Shown: positions 1 through 13,374 of the stretch, piece by piece
Position numbering within the stretch: the stretch's first letter is position 1
How the letters are laid out: every line of letters starts with the position of its first letter
NCBI GenBank assembly: GCA_964291295.2
Contig: OZ219754.1
Location: forward strand, 3,296,001-3,360,000
DNA from: an uncultured Candidatus Binatia bacterium
GTDB taxonomy: Bacteria; Desulfobacterota; Binatia; UBA9968; JAJDTQ01
Reading direction: 5' to 3'
Length of the DNA stretch: 64,000 nt
Translations under genes and position numbers: made by a program
Notes under the pieces: generated by a model
The model's database searches: none
What the model saw: only the letters and a program-made list of their open reading frames with translations
What the model was told of the DNA's origin: nothing

Positions 1-2
1 GA

Positions 3-443
3 GGCACCATCACCCGGCCGGAGATCGCCGACAGCGTCAAGGGGCTGTCCCTCTCCACCTTCGGCGGCAATCCGGTGACCAGCACCGCCGCCCTCGCCAC
101 CATCGAAGTCATCGAGAGCGAAGGGCTCGTGGCCAACGCCGCCGACCGCGGCGCACAACTGCGGAACGGCCTGAAAGGCCTCCAGGAGAAGTACCCCCTC
201 ATCGGCGACATCCGCGGCATGGGGCTCATGCAGGCCATGGAGATGGTGGGCCCGGAAAAGACACCGAGCCCGGAAGCCGTGGCGCGGTTGTTCGAACTGA
301 CGAAACAGAACGGGCTGCTGATCGGCAAGGGCGGGCTCATGGGCAACGTGATTCGCATCACCCCCGCCCTGAACGTGACCCGGGACCAGGTGAACGAGGC
401 GCTGGAACGGCTGGACCGTTCGCTGGCGCAAATGGGGCTTTGA
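3..443 (+). CDS. class III PLP-dependent aminotransferase, C-terminal part (truncated by window start)
   Basis: Frame is open from base 3: STFGGNP, then DIRGMGLMQAME and GNVIRITPAL, all class III aminotransferase motifs. Confidence 0.9.
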   Translation, partial: GTITRPEIADSVKGLSLSTFGGNPVTSTAALATIEVIESEGLVANAADRGAQLRNGLKGLQEKYPLIGDIRGMGLMQAMEMVGPEKTPSPEAVARLFELTKQNGLLIGKGGLMGNVIRITPALNVTRDQVNEALERLDRSLAQMGL

Positions 444-449
444 CTTCGG

Positions 450-1438
<989 letters not shown>

Positions 1439-1442
<4 letters not shown>

Positions 1443-2278
1443 TCGGCTGGCGGCGCTACACCAAGGTCATGTGCGGCGGCATCATCATGCTGGTGCTGTG
1501 CATCTGCGGCCTCGGGGCGCCGTGGCTGGCACCCTACGACCCCCAGGAGCAGCGTCTGGAGCAAAGGCTCCGGGCGCCCGCCCTGGACCTGGGCGAGAAC
1601 TCGCACCTCATGGGAACCGACAACCTGGGCCGCGACCTCCTGAGCCGGGTCATCTACGGTTCGCGCATCTCGTTGATGGTGGGGGCCGCCACCGTGTTCC
1701 TGGCGGGTCTGCTGGGCTGTTTCCTCGGGGCCGTGGCGGGATACTTCGGAGAGCTGATCGACGAGACCATCAACAAGACCACGGAGATCTTCCTCGCCTT
1801 TCCCTTCCTGCTGCTGGCCATCGCCATCATGGCGTTCCTGGGGCAGGGCCTGGTGAACCTTGTCATCGCGCTGGTGCTCAGCCGATGGGTCCAGTACTGC
1901 AGGGTGGTCCGGGGCGAAGTGCTGTCGCTCAAGGAGCGCGAGTTCGTGCAGGCCGCCCGGGCACTGGGGGCCAGCAACCGCTACATCATCCTGCGCCACG
2001 TGATCCCCAACACATTGCCCAGCGTCATGGTCATCGCCACCTTCGCCATGGCCGTGGTCATCATCACCGAGGCGAGCCTGAGCTTCCTGGGTCTCGGGGT
2101 GCCGCCCAGCATCCCCACCTGGGGCTCCATGCTGAGCGAAGGCCGCAGCTACATGTACCGCGCCCCCTGGCTCACCATCTTCCCCGGCATCGCCATCTTC
2201 GTCACCGTCCTCGGCATCAATCTGCTGGGAGACGGCCTGCGCGACATCTTCGATCCCAAGCTGACGCGCAACCGTTGA
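1439..2278 (+). CDS. peptide/nickel ABC transporter permease (DppC/OppC family)
   Basis: MGTDNLGRDLLSR, EFVQAARALGAS, EASLSFLGLG, NLLGDGLRD. GTG start chosen because it overlaps the upstream stop (GTGA). Confidence 0.93.
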
Positions 2279-2372
2279 GGCGGAATGCGGAACACGGGAA
2301 AGGTGCCGGTGCGGCGCGGTGCGGCGTCGCGCCAACCTGGCACCGCGGTGACCGGTCCGACCGCTGGCGGCG

Positions 2373-4202
<1,830 letters not shown>

Positions 4203-4310
4203 GGCTCCTCACATGGCACTGCCGCGGCTTCGTCCCCGGAGCTGGCGGCGACCGGCCCCGGGCCGGCCCGGTTCGAATGCGAGAAGAGCGCCACCACGGG
4301 AGAGGGCGCT

Positions 4311-5966
4311 TCAGTGGACAAGGCCGCCCTGGCGCGCCTGTGCCACCATGGAGTCGCAGACGCGAAACGCGTTGGCCTGGATGGTCAGGGTGGGATTGAG
4401 ACCAGCGGCGGTCACGAACACGCTGGCGTCGACGATGAAGAGATTGGACACGTCGTGGGAACGGCACCACTTGTCCACCACCGATGACTCGGGGTCGTTG
4501 CCCATGCGGCAGGTGCCCATCTGGTGATTGTGGAGCTTGCGGGTCTCGGGCCTGGGCACGATGATCCGGGTCGCCCCCGCCGCCTCGTAGATTTCCCGCG
4601 AACGTTCGCCCAGGTAGGCGGCCAGCCGCACGTCGTTCTCGTGGCTGGTGTAGGTGATGCGCGCGGCGGGCAGGCCGTAGCAGTCCGTCACGTCCGGGTC
4701 GAGGTCCACGGCGTTGCTGGCCACCGGCAGGCTCTCGCCGGTGCAGTGGCTGTGCAGGTAGTGGCGCCAGGTCTCGCGCATGGAGTCCTTGTGCCGCTGG
4801 CCCCAGCGCTGGCCGTGGATGGGCCGCAGGGCCAGTTCGATGGGATCGCCGCCATGAGCCCGGGGGTGCATGAAGCCGCCCCGGATGAAACCCCGTTTCG
4901 TGTCCGTCCTGTAGAAGTCCTGGAGTACCCGGGTGCTGGAGGTTCCCTTGTGGCCGTCCAGCGGCTCCGGGAAGGTCACCACCAGCGTCACGCCCGGGGA
5001 GTGGAACATGAGATTCCGGCCCACCAGTCCGCTGCGGTTTGCCAGCCCCTGCGGGAACCGCGCGGATTCGGACAGGAGCAGCAGCCGCGCCGTCTCCACG
5101 CCTCCGGCCGCCATCACCACCAGGCGCGCCGGCTGGTGTTCCTCGGCGCCTTCGGCGTTGAAGTAGGTCACGCCGGACGCCTTGCCCTGCCGGTCCAGGG
5201 TAATCTCCCGCGCCAGGCAGAGGGGCCGCATCTCCAGACGTCCCGTGGCCAGCGCCTTGGGCAGGAGCGACTCCAGCGTGCTGGACTTGGCTCCCACGGG
5301 ACAGCCGTAGGCAGAGCACATCCCCTTGCCGATGCACCCCGGACGGCCGTCGTAGTCGCCGGTGAGGATGGCCAAGGGGGTCGGAAACGGGTGCAGGCCC
5401 AGCTTGCGGGCACCCTTCTCAAGGACCGCTCCGGGGCTGTTGCGCACCGCCGGCCCCACCGGATAGTCGCGTTTGCGCGGCGGGTCAAAGGGGTTCGACC
5501 AGCCCTTGCCCGAGACCCCGATGGTCCATTCCGCCTTCTCGTAGAAAGGCTCCATCTCCTCGTAAGAGATGGGCCAGTCCTGGATGGCGGCACCCGCCAC
5601 CGGGCCGTCCTCGGAGCGCACCCGGAAGTCCGACTCATGGAAACGCCAGGAGAGGCCGCTGTAGTGGATGGTGCCGCCTCCAACGCACATGGCGTTGGAG
5701 AAGGTCTGGGTCTTGCTGGACAGAACCTCAGCCGGCGTGGCGGCGTCGGGCCGCCAGGTGCGCGGCTCCAGCTCCACCGTGGGCCAGAAAAAGTTGCGCC
5801 GCTTGTACAGGAGTTCGTCGCCCAGGGCGAAATCCTCGCGTTTGTACCAAGGGCCCCGCTCCAGCACGCACACGGTCATGCCCGCCTCGGTGAGCTCCTT
5901 GGCCGCCACCAGACCCGACGCACCGCCGCCCACGATGCAGACATCGACTGTTTCGCGCCTTGCCAT
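4311..5966 (-). CDS. GMC-family FAD oxidoreductase (gluconate 2-dehydrogenase flavoprotein-like)
   Basis: IVGGGASG FAD fold, VGGGTIHY, HQMGTCRMG, NPTLTIQA. Start set at MARRETVD. Confidence 0.9.
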   Translation of the reverse strand: MARRETVDVCIVGGGASGLVAAKELTEAGMTVCVLERGPWYKREDFALGDELLYKRRNFFWPTVELEPRTWRPDAATPAEVLSSKTQTFSNAMCVGGGTIHYSGLSWRFHESDFRVRSEDGPVAGAAIQDWPISYEEMEPFYEKAEWTIGVSGKGWSNPFDPPRKRDYPVGPAVRNSPGAVLEKGARKLGLHPFPTPLAILTGDYDGRPGCIGKGMCSAYGCPVGAKSSTLESLLPKALATGRLEMRPLCLAREITLDRQGKASGVTYFNAEGAEEHQPARLVVMAAGGVETARLLLLSESARFPQGLANRSGLVGRNLMFHSPGVTLVVTFPEPLDGHKGTSSTRVLQDFYRTDTKRGFIRGGFMHPRAHGGDPIELALRPIHGQRWGQRHKDSMRETWRHYLHSHCTGESLPVASNAVDLDPDVTDCYGLPAARITYTSHENDVRLAAYLGERSREIYEAAGATRIIVPRPETRKLHNHQMGTCRMGNDPESSVVDKWCRSHDVSNLFIVDASVFVTAAGLNPTLTIQANAFRVCDSMVAQARQGGLVH

Positions 5967-5985
5967 CTGTCTCCGGGTTGCCGGT

Positions 5986-6600
5986 CTAGGACGAGCGGAC
6001 CTTCCGGGCATGGGGAAACGCGTCGGGCTCGTTGGCGTCGTACCAGCCATAGGGGGTCTCGTTGCCGTGGGGAAAGCTCGGACCGGGGTATCCCAGCATC
6101 CGCCAACCAGCCCGGTCCCTGTTGCCGCCGTGCCGCGGATGGCCGTAGAACCCTTCCATGGTGTGGGTGATCAGGAGCGTGAAGAACGGATCCTTGCGCT
6201 CGTCCAGAACAGTCAGCACCCGGTCCTGCCCCATATCGTCCAGGCCGCAAAAGTCTTTTCCCGACTCCAGTTCGGAAGCCAGCCGGTCCAGTTCGACGAC
6301 ACCGCCGCGATACGCCGGCAAGTGGCGGCTGCCCAGACCGGCGAGCCGGAACAGCGTCGCCTGCTGCTCCTCGGTACGGCCTCCCATGCTCCCGAGGAGG
6401 AAGTTGGCGTACTCCTTCTTCTCCCGCGGACCGATGTCCGTATCCACGTCATCCGCCGCCAGCAGGCCCTCGATGTAGTCGAGAACCCCGGCCTCCCGTG
6501 CACCGGGGTCCTGGTCCGATGGCACGATGCGCGCCGCCGCGGCCTCGATGGTGGCCCGCTCGTGATCCGACAACACACGTCCTGTTTCCATGTCGCTCAT
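5986..6600 (-). CDS. gluconate 2-dehydrogenase subunit 3 family protein
   Basis: ARIVPSDQDPGAREAGVLDYIE and EGFYGHPRHGGNRDRAGWRMLGYPG; lies directly upstream of the GMC gene. Confidence 0.88.
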   Translation of the reverse strand: MSDMETGRVLSDHERATIEAAAARIVPSDQDPGAREAGVLDYIEGLLAADDVDTDIGPREKKEYANFLLGSMGGRTEEQQATLFRLAGLGSRHLPAYRGGVVELDRLASELESGKDFCGLDDMGQDRVLTVLDERKDPFFTLLITHTMEGFYGHPRHGGNRDRAGWRMLGYPGPSFPHGNETPYGWYDANEPDAFPHARKVRSS

Positions 6601-7030
6601 GACCTGCCTGCCGCCATGACCTGTCCCTCCCACCGACCATGGGCATCAATGGATACCTTACAACAGCGTCCCGGGCAATTCACGTTCGATGCTTCCGTTC
6701 GATGCTCCACGCTCTCGATTCACCGGTACGGGGAAGCGGCGTGAGCCGCTCCCCCGGCCGCACACGCACCCAGCCTCGTCGAGAAACGCCAACAGCCCGA
6801 CATGGGCGCGTACCGCGCCATACTGGCCACCGGAGCCGGGTCCGGATGAATTGTACTGGGGTCTGCGTGAATTGCACTCGATCGAGACTTCACGCCGTCC
6901 GAGGATCGGCGATGGAACCGCCCGCGGGCAATGCCGCGGTTCGCCGTACACCCCATGACCACATGGCGCCGGCAGGTCACGTGACACCGACCACATGACC
7001 TGGCCGTGCGACGCCTCTCGCCGATGGCGT

Positions 7031-7369
7031 TCAAAGCGGCTTGACGACCCTGCCCACCGTTGCCGCAAGACCGGTGACGGCATTCAGATACGCCCGGATC
7101 CGGTGCACGCGCTTCCCGGCCCGTTCGACAGCGGCGATACCCTGTTCAAGCGCCTTCCCGCTGCCGGCAAACTGCCGCCGGAGGGCCGCCACGCCGGTGT
7201 TCTCGAGACGGCGAACCGCCAGGCAGACATCCAGCAGGGCGGTGGCGGCCTCCGCGCGCTCGTCCGCCGGCAGCTCCTCGACCCCGGTGAGCCACTCGGC
7301 GGAGATCATCCGCTTTCGCGCCCGGCGCAACTCCGACAGTGTCTTGCGCCGAATCTCTCCCGGCGTCAT
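7031..7369 (-). CDS. hypothetical small all-helical protein (112 aa)
   Basis: ATGA overlap with the upstream lipoprotein; amphipathic helical sequence with a hydrophobic C-terminal helix. Confidence 0.65.
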   Translation of the reverse strand: MTPGEIRRKTLSELRRARKRMISAEWLTGVEELPADERAEAATALLDVCLAVRRLENTGVAALRRQFAGSGKALEQGIAAVERAGKRVHRIRAYLNAVTGLAATVGRVVKPL

Positions 7370-8280
7370 CGGAGCGCCCTGCCCGCTTCGGCGCCGAGTC
7401 GGGACACCAACTCGACGAAACCCTCGACGGTACCGGCCAACTCGGCTGCCCGGACGTCATCCATGCGACCCTCCATCGCCGCCACGTACGCCGCGCGCAA
7501 GGACCGGATGGTCCGCTCCGCGGCCTCGACGGCCTCCACGTCGCCCGCACCCCGCAGACTCCGCAACCGCCGGGCCGGCCAGGTCCTGGGGAGCCGCTTC
7601 GCGTTCATGTACGGCTCGGTCACCTCGCCGCTGCGGAACCGCGCCGACAGCACCTCCCGGTCGGCGCGAACCTGCCGGGCCAGCGCCGTGATCCACGCCT
7701 GTTGCACGGCCAGCTCGCGTTCCATGGTGGCGCCACGGGCTTCGAACTCGCGGCGCAACGCCGCGGACTTGAACGACGCCACCGCGACAGCCGCGGCCGG
7801 CTCCATCAGGCCGCTCACCGAAACGTCGCCCCAACGCGCCTTTTTGAGCCGCGGCGACAGCCGATTCAACTCCGTGGTCAAGCGTCTTGCAGTGCGGCCG
7901 ATCCCCTTGGACCCCTCCGGCTTCAGCAACGGCCGCAACGCCATGAAATACGATCTCAGAAGCTCGTTGTGACGCTTGGCCGCGGCGTACTCCGCCAGCC
8001 GTTCCGCCATGGCCGCGTCGAACTGCCGGAGCGCGTCCCGACGCTGCTCCGCCGACAGGCCGTCCCGCACCGACACCAAGGCCGCGGAATCGACCGCCGC
8101 CGCCAGTTCGAAAGCCCGATCCATCAGCGGCGGCACCTTGCCGGCCCAGGCGATGCCTGCCTTGGCAACCGCATCGAGTCCCGCAGTATCGGTGGCGGCC
8201 GTACAGCCGGCGGCCAGAAAAACCAGGACGGCTGCCGGCAGGAACGGGATATGGCGGGCTCGGGCACTCCTTCTCTTCAT
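7366..8280 (-). CDS. hypothetical lipoprotein, helical/coiled-coil
   Basis: Basic N-terminus MKRRSARARH, hydrophobic stretch and lipobox LAAG-C; GAGGAG RBS upstream. Confidence 0.7.
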   Translation of the reverse strand: MKRRSARARHIPFLPAAVLVFLAAGCTAATDTAGLDAVAKAGIAWAGKVPPLMDRAFELAAAVDSAALVSVRDGLSAEQRRDALRQFDAAMAERLAEYAAAKRHNELLRSYFMALRPLLKPEGSKGIGRTARRLTTELNRLSPRLKKARWGDVSVSGLMEPAAAVAVASFKSAALRREFEARGATMERELAVQQAWITALARQVRADREVLSARFRSGEVTEPYMNAKRLPRTWPARRLRSLRGAGDVEAVEAAERTIRSLRAAYVAAMEGRMDDVRAAELAGTVEGFVELVSRLGAEAGRALR

Positions 8281-8389
8281 GATCGGCGTCTCCTCGCGCC
8301 CGCTGAAGCGGAATGCGGGCGCAGAAAGGAAGATAGGGTGCGGGACGGCCACCCTGTCCTTTGCCTGTCCTTTGCCGCGCCCGCTTTCC

Positions 8390-8455
8390 GTATCGATTTT
8401 ACATCGATTTTCGTATCGCTTTGTATCGCCTTTGTATCGATTCCGTGTCCATTCT
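8390..8455. repeat. degenerate 11-bp tandem array (gtatcgatttt-like, about 6 units)
   Basis: gtatcgatttt acatcgatttt cgtatcgcttt gtatcgccttt gtatcgattcc gtgtccattct, between divergent genes. Confidence 0.7.
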
Positions 8456-8698
8456 GATTCCGTACCCATGCTGTCTTCACACCGTGTCCCTTCTGTACCG
8501 ATCGGTCCTTGTTTGCACGGGACAATCGGGATGTCCAACGATCGGCAGTGAACCCGCACGCCGGGGCAGATCGTTGACCGTGCGCACGCACTTGCGGTAG
8601 TGTCGCTTCGGGACAGGGCGAAGGACATTCCCGACACTCCCGAAATTCCCGGATGCGTGACCGCCTGATCCGGACCTGCTCTGACAAGGAGAAGTGAA

Positions 8699-9940
8699 AT
8701 GAAGGACGGCCTGCGTTTCGTGGACAGCGACATGCACGTTCAGGAACCCGGAGACCTGCTGGAGAGATACCTCGACCCCGAGTTCAAGGGCCGGGTCACC
8801 TGGGCGGTGGACGCCCGGGGCCGGATCAGCCGCCGCACCTGGACCATCGACGGGCTGCCCGCCAGCGCGGACGTGGAGATACAGCAGCATCGCAAGAAGG
8901 CGGCCTCGTCAAAGGCCACCGGACCGATCATGGGAGCCGCCACCGGGGTGCTGTCGGCGTCGCGGATCGCCGACACGGGCCGTCTGGACTTCGCCATCGA
9001 GCGGGACTACGACGAGGAAGCCCAGCTCATGGGAATGGAGATGGAGGGCATCGACATCGCCGTGCTCTTCCCCACCGGCGGGCTGGGCCTCCTGGCGCGG
9101 GACCCCATGGACCCGCGGCTGTCGCTGGCCCTGAGCCGCGCCTACAATGACTGGATCAGCGACTTCTGCCGATACTGCCCGGAGCGCATGAAGTTCGCCG
9201 CCATGCTGCCGCTGCACGACGTCAATCTGTCGTGCCAGGAACTGAAGCGGGCGGTGCAGGAACTGGGCGCGGTGGCTTCGTTCATCCGGCCCAACCTCGT
9301 CAAAGGCCACTTCTGGCACTCCAACTACTGGGATCCCCTCTACAGCCTGCACGAAGAGCTCAACGTCTCCTGGTGCTTTCATGAAGGCACCGGCGCGTGG
9401 AACTCCCGCATGAACGAACTCTACGGCGAGAACCGCTTCTACCGCCACGTGGCCAGCCACTGGATCGAGATGCAGCAGGCCCTCATCGCCATGATCATCG
9501 GCGGGGTCTTCGAATTCCATCCCGGGCTGCGGGTGGGCTATCTGGAAGCCCAGAATTCCTGGGTGCCCGGCATCCTCACGCGCATCGAGTGGGACTACGC
9601 CAACTATCGCGATTCCCACGCGCCTTACCTGTCACTGACGCCCAAGGAGTACTTTCAGCGGAACTGCTGGGCCGCGGTGGAGGGCAGCGAGCCGGAAATC
9701 GCCGGCACGGCGGAACTCATCGGAGCGAACCGGATGTGCATCTCGACGGACTACCCCCACTTCGACTCGAACTTTCCCAACGTGTCCCGCAATCTGCTGC
9801 ACAACGTGCCGCGGGAAACCGCGGCGGCCATCTTCATGGGCGGCGGCGCCCTCTACGACTTCGGCGAGGAGGACTTCCGCAAGGCCCACGCGGCGGCGGA
9901 GACGAACCGGAAGCGGCAGGCCGCGGTCAACGAAGGCTGA
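8699..9940 (+). CDS. amidohydrolase family 2 protein (LigW/ACMSD-like superfamily)
   Basis: DSDMHVQE, AYNDWISDFC, FHEG, YLEA, STDYPHFD; AAGGAG RBS. Confidence 0.9.
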   Translation: MKDGLRFVDSDMHVQEPGDLLERYLDPEFKGRVTWAVDARGRISRRTWTIDGLPASADVEIQQHRKKAASSKATGPIMGAATGVLSASRIADTGRLDFAIERDYDEEAQLMGMEMEGIDIAVLFPTGGLGLLARDPMDPRLSLALSRAYNDWISDFCRYCPERMKFAAMLPLHDVNLSCQELKRAVQELGAVASFIRPNLVKGHFWHSNYWDPLYSLHEELNVSWCFHEGTGAWNSRMNELYGENRFYRHVASHWIEMQQALIAMIIGGVFEFHPGLRVGYLEAQNSWVPGILTRIEWDYANYRDSHAPYLSLTPKEYFQRNCWAAVEGSEPEIAGTAELIGANRMCISTDYPHFDSNFPNVSRNLLHNVPRETAAAIFMGGGALYDFGEEDFRKAHAAAETNRKRQAAVNEG

Positions 9941-10095
9941 TGCCCAGATCCGGGGCAACGAGAGTGCGGTGAAGGGAGTGGGGCTGGGGTGACAACCGCC
10001 GCGCGTTCCGGGCGGCCCTTCGCTGATCGGCCCGTCGCTCGTTGCCCCTTCACTCCCTGGTCCCTTCGTTCCCTACCCCTTCGCCTGTCCCAGTC

Positions 10096-10947
10096 TCACT
10101 TCGGCATCGGTCCCACCAGAAGCGCGGCGTCGAGTCGGCGGCCGAACAGATTGATGCGCCAATCGAGATGGGCTCCGGTGGAGCGGCCGGTGGAGCCTAC
10201 CGCGGCGATGGGCTGCCCCTGCTTCACGCGCTGGCCCTCTTTCACGACGATGCGCGACAGGTGGAGAAACGCGGACGACAGCCCGTGGCCGTGGTCGACA
10301 ATCAGGGTGCCGCCGGAGAAGTACATGTCCTTGTGGACGAGGGTGACCACACCGGCGGCGGGCGCCACCACCCGGGTGCCCTTCGGTGCGGCGATGTCGA
10401 TGCCGTAGTGGGGACGGCGGGGCTCGCCGTTCAGGATGCGCCGGGAGCCGTAGACGCCGCTGATGCGGCCCTTGACCGGCCAGCGAAACCGTCCCAGGAA
10501 GTCGGTGCGCGGGTCGTCGCGCAAGCGCGCCCGCTTCACCATGGCCGCCTCCCGGCGGATGCGCGCGAGGTCCCGGCTGCCAGGCGTCACCTTGCGGCGC
10601 GGCAGGCCGTCGATGCGCTGGATGCGGTACTTGCGGGGCGCGACCGCCAACTCGTGCCGCTGGCGCCGGCCGTCCGGGAGGACCAGGGACAGCACCACCT
10701 TCGGCGGCGCGTCGCGCCCGAATCCGATGAGAAACCAGCCATCCTTCGAGACCCGTACCGGCTCGCCCTGGAACGTCACGCTGGAGCCCGGTGCCACGCG
10801 CCCGCGCACAAGCCCCCCCTGCACGCGCGGACCCTCCAGCGCCACCCCCTTTTCGGCTGCCCGCGTGAAGGCCGGGACTGGCGGCAGCAATGCGGCGAAC
10901 AAGGTCAGGCAGAGCGCGAACCGAAGGGCTGACGGCCGGTTCTCCAC
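10096..10947 (-). CDS. M23 family metallopeptidase, exported
   Basis: HYGIDIAAP (HxxxD) and GRSTGAHLDW motif; N-terminal hydrophobic signal. Start (GTG) is uncertain. Confidence 0.88.
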   Translation of the reverse strand: MENRPSALRFALCLTLFAALLPPVPAFTRAAEKGVALEGPRVQGGLVRGRVAPGSSVTFQGEPVRVSKDGWFLIGFGRDAPPKVVLSLVLPDGRRQRHELAVAPRKYRIQRIDGLPRRKVTPGSRDLARIRREAAMVKRARLRDDPRTDFLGRFRWPVKGRISGVYGSRRILNGEPRRPHYGIDIAAPKGTRVVAPAAGVVTLVHKDMYFSGGTLIVDHGHGLSSAFLHLSRIVVKEGQRVKQGQPIAAVGSTGRSTGAHLDWRINLFGRRLDAALLVGPMPK

Positions 10948-11883
10948 CCGAGGAGAACGCGACCGCCGACGCGGACCGTTACCGGGAAGCACGGGGCGCC
11001 CCCGAGCCGGGCTCGGGAGCGTGGCATGCCGTGACCTGCATCCTGTGCCCGCGAATGACACGGATGCAGCATGGGACATGCCGGTGCGGCTGTCAAACAA
11101 GCTGCGACGGGAACCGTTCTTTATCGCGGCCGGCGGCGGTGCCGTCCTGGCCGCGCCTCCTTGAAGCCTGCGCCGCGGAAGATTCTCTTGGGGCAGAAAT
11201 CCACCAGAGTCCTTCTTGGCGCCCAGTTCGTGTCCAGCAAAGGGACAAGGCTGCACGTTTCCAGCATTCTGGACGAAAATCCGGACATGCTCTCCCACCC
11301 GCCATCTACCGGAGCGTCCTGCGGCGCAGACCCCTTGAAGCCGAAACCGGCACAGCGACAACGCAATCGGCTCCAGAACAGACCGCTGCAGGGCCGCAGA
11401 ACCTGCCTGCGTCGCCGTCCGCCGGACACAGACCTACCGGTAACGGTGGGATGAAGGATCAATGCTTCGCGCCTGCCGCGTCGTGAACCGCTGCAAGCCG
11501 CAGAACCGCCTGCCGACGTGCGAGGCTGATTGCCGGCGGCGCGATGGCCCGCTGCCTTTCCTCCCCTTCCTGCCACTCTTGCCATTCCTGCCATTCCACC
11601 CGTCGGCACGGCCGTCGGCCGGCAGGCTGCCTGGCTGAATCCGGACCTGCGACGCGCGTTTGATTCTTTGCTCCCGCTTGTGCAAGTTACCATCTGCAAT
11701 ACTCCGACCCCGCGGCTGCGGACGGGGTGCTGGAACGTCCGCGGGTCGGGATGCCGGATGGCTCGTCGTCACCGGTCCGGACCGCGTGCCGATGGCCTCC
11801 CGGACGTCCCGCACCCACATCCTGAACCTGCATACGGAATCACACGCGATGGGGACCGCGCGCGGTTTCGTCCGGGAGAGATC

Positions 11884-13374
11884 ATGAGCGAGATCCGATT
11901 CGTCGACACCACCCTGCGGGACGGCAACCAGAGCCTCTGGGCCCTCAACATGAAGACCGCGGCCATGGTGGAGGCCGCCGAGCAGATGGACCAGGCGGGC
12001 TTCGAGTCCATGGAGTTCTTCGTCACCAACATGTTCAAGAAGTACGTGCGGGAGCACAAGGAGAACCCGTGGGACTGGCTGCGGGAAGGCACCAAGCGGC
12101 TGCGCAACACCAAGCTGCGGCTTCACGGCGGCCTCAAGGGAGGGCTCGAGAAGAAGCCGTTGTCGATCCTGCAACTCATCATCCGCAAGGTGGTGGACAG
12201 CGGCATCACGCTGACGCGGACATCGAACTCCTGGAACGACTACGAGGTGTTCGGCGAGGAAGTGCAGGGACTGCGCAGCCTCGGCATGGACTGCGTCGTC
12301 AATCTGATCTATTCGGTGTCGCCCCGGCACACCGACGCCTACTACGCGCAGAAGGCCCGGGAGGCCGCCGCCCTCAAACCGGTTCGCATCTGCTTCAAGG
12401 ACGTGGGCGGGCTGCTCACTCCCGAGCGCACCCGCACGCTGGTGCCCATCGTGCTGGACAACATCGGCGACACCCCGGTGGAGTTCCACGCCCACTGCAA
12501 CAACGGCCTGGCACCACTCAACTACCTGGAAGCCATCAAGCTCGGCATGACCACGATCCACACCAGCGTGCCGCCGCTGGCCAACGGCTCGGCCCAGCCC
12601 TCGGTCTTCAACATGGCCCGGAACATCCGCGCCATGGGGCATGAGGTGCAGGTGGACGAGGAGGTGCTGAGGCCGGTGGAGGCACACTTCAACTATGTGG
12701 CCCGGCGCGACGGGCTCCCCATCGGCAAGCCGGTGGAGTACAACCACGCGCAGTACCTCCACCAGGTGCCCGGCGGCATGATCTCCAACTTCGTGCACCA
12801 GCTCCGCCTGGTAGGCATGGAGGACAAGCTGCCCGAGGCGCTGGAGGAAGCCGCCCGGGTGCGGGCCGAGTGGGGCTATCCCATCATGGTGACGCCGCTG
12901 TCCCAGTTCGTGGGCACCCAGGCCGCCTTCAACGTCATCCTGGGCCAACGCTACAAGCAGGTCAGCGACCAGTCCATCCAGTACGCCCTGGGCATCTGGG
13001 GCCGGGAGGGCGCCGAACTCATGGACCCGGACGTGAAGGACAGGATCCTGAGCCGCCCGCGCGCCAAGGCGTGGACCGAATGGGAACAGCCGGAACCGTC
13101 GCTCAAGGAGCTGCGCTCCCAGGTCGGCGCCGCCTCGGTATCCGACGAGGAGCTGGTGCTGCGGGTATACGCCGGCGTGGACGAGGTCAAGACCATGATG
13201 GAAGCCGGGCGGCCCAGGGAATACCTGAGCGCGCGCCAGCCGCTGGTGCGGCTCATCCACGAGTTGACCCGCCAGAACGAATACACCCAGGTGTACATTC
13301 GCAAGCCGGGGTTCTCCCTCGCGCTGGGGCGGAGCGACGATGGAGCGGCGAACGCGAATCGGGGAGAGTCATGA
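11884..13374 (+). CDS. pyruvate carboxylase subunit B / oxaloacetate decarboxylase alpha-like carboxyltransferase, copy 1 (no biotinyl domain)
   Basis: DTTLRDGNQS, CFKDVGG, EFHAH, QVPGGMISN, GYPIMVTPLSQFVG; GGGAGAG RBS. Confidence 0.9.
   Translation: MSEIRFVDTTLRDGNQSLWALNMKTAAMVEAAEQMDQAGFESMEFFVTNMFKKYVREHKENPWDWLREGTKRLRNTKLRLHGGLKGGLEKKPLSILQLIIRKVVDSGITLTRTSNSWNDYEVFGEEVQGLRSLGMDCVVNLIYSVSPRHTDAYYAQKAREAAALKPVRICFKDVGGLLTPERTRTLVPIVLDNIGDTPVEFHAHCNNGLAPLNYLEAIKLGMTTIHTSVPPLANGSAQPSVFNMARNIRAMGHEVQVDEEVLRPVEAHFNYVARRDGLPIGKPVEYNHAQYLHQVPGGMISNFVHQLRLVGMEDKLPEALEEAARVRAEWGYPIMVTPLSQFVGTQAAFNVILGQRYKQVSDQSIQYALGIWGREGAELMDPDVKDRILSRPRAKAWTEWEQPEPSLKELRSQVGAASVSDEELVLRVYAGVDEVKTMMEAGRPREYLSARQPLVRLIHELTRQNEYTQVYIRKPGFSLALGRSDDGAANANRGES

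Noticed and set aside
11190-11260. PIN toxin remnant (LLDTN on the minus strand)
   Set aside because: A five-residue match with no other PIN features; likely chance.
11530-11883. Long N-terminal extensions given by the ORF track (also for hsdM, ubiD, M23, lipoprotein, adk, pgl)
   Set aside because: The extensions are low-complexity; family homology, and in most cases an RBS, begins at the downstream start.
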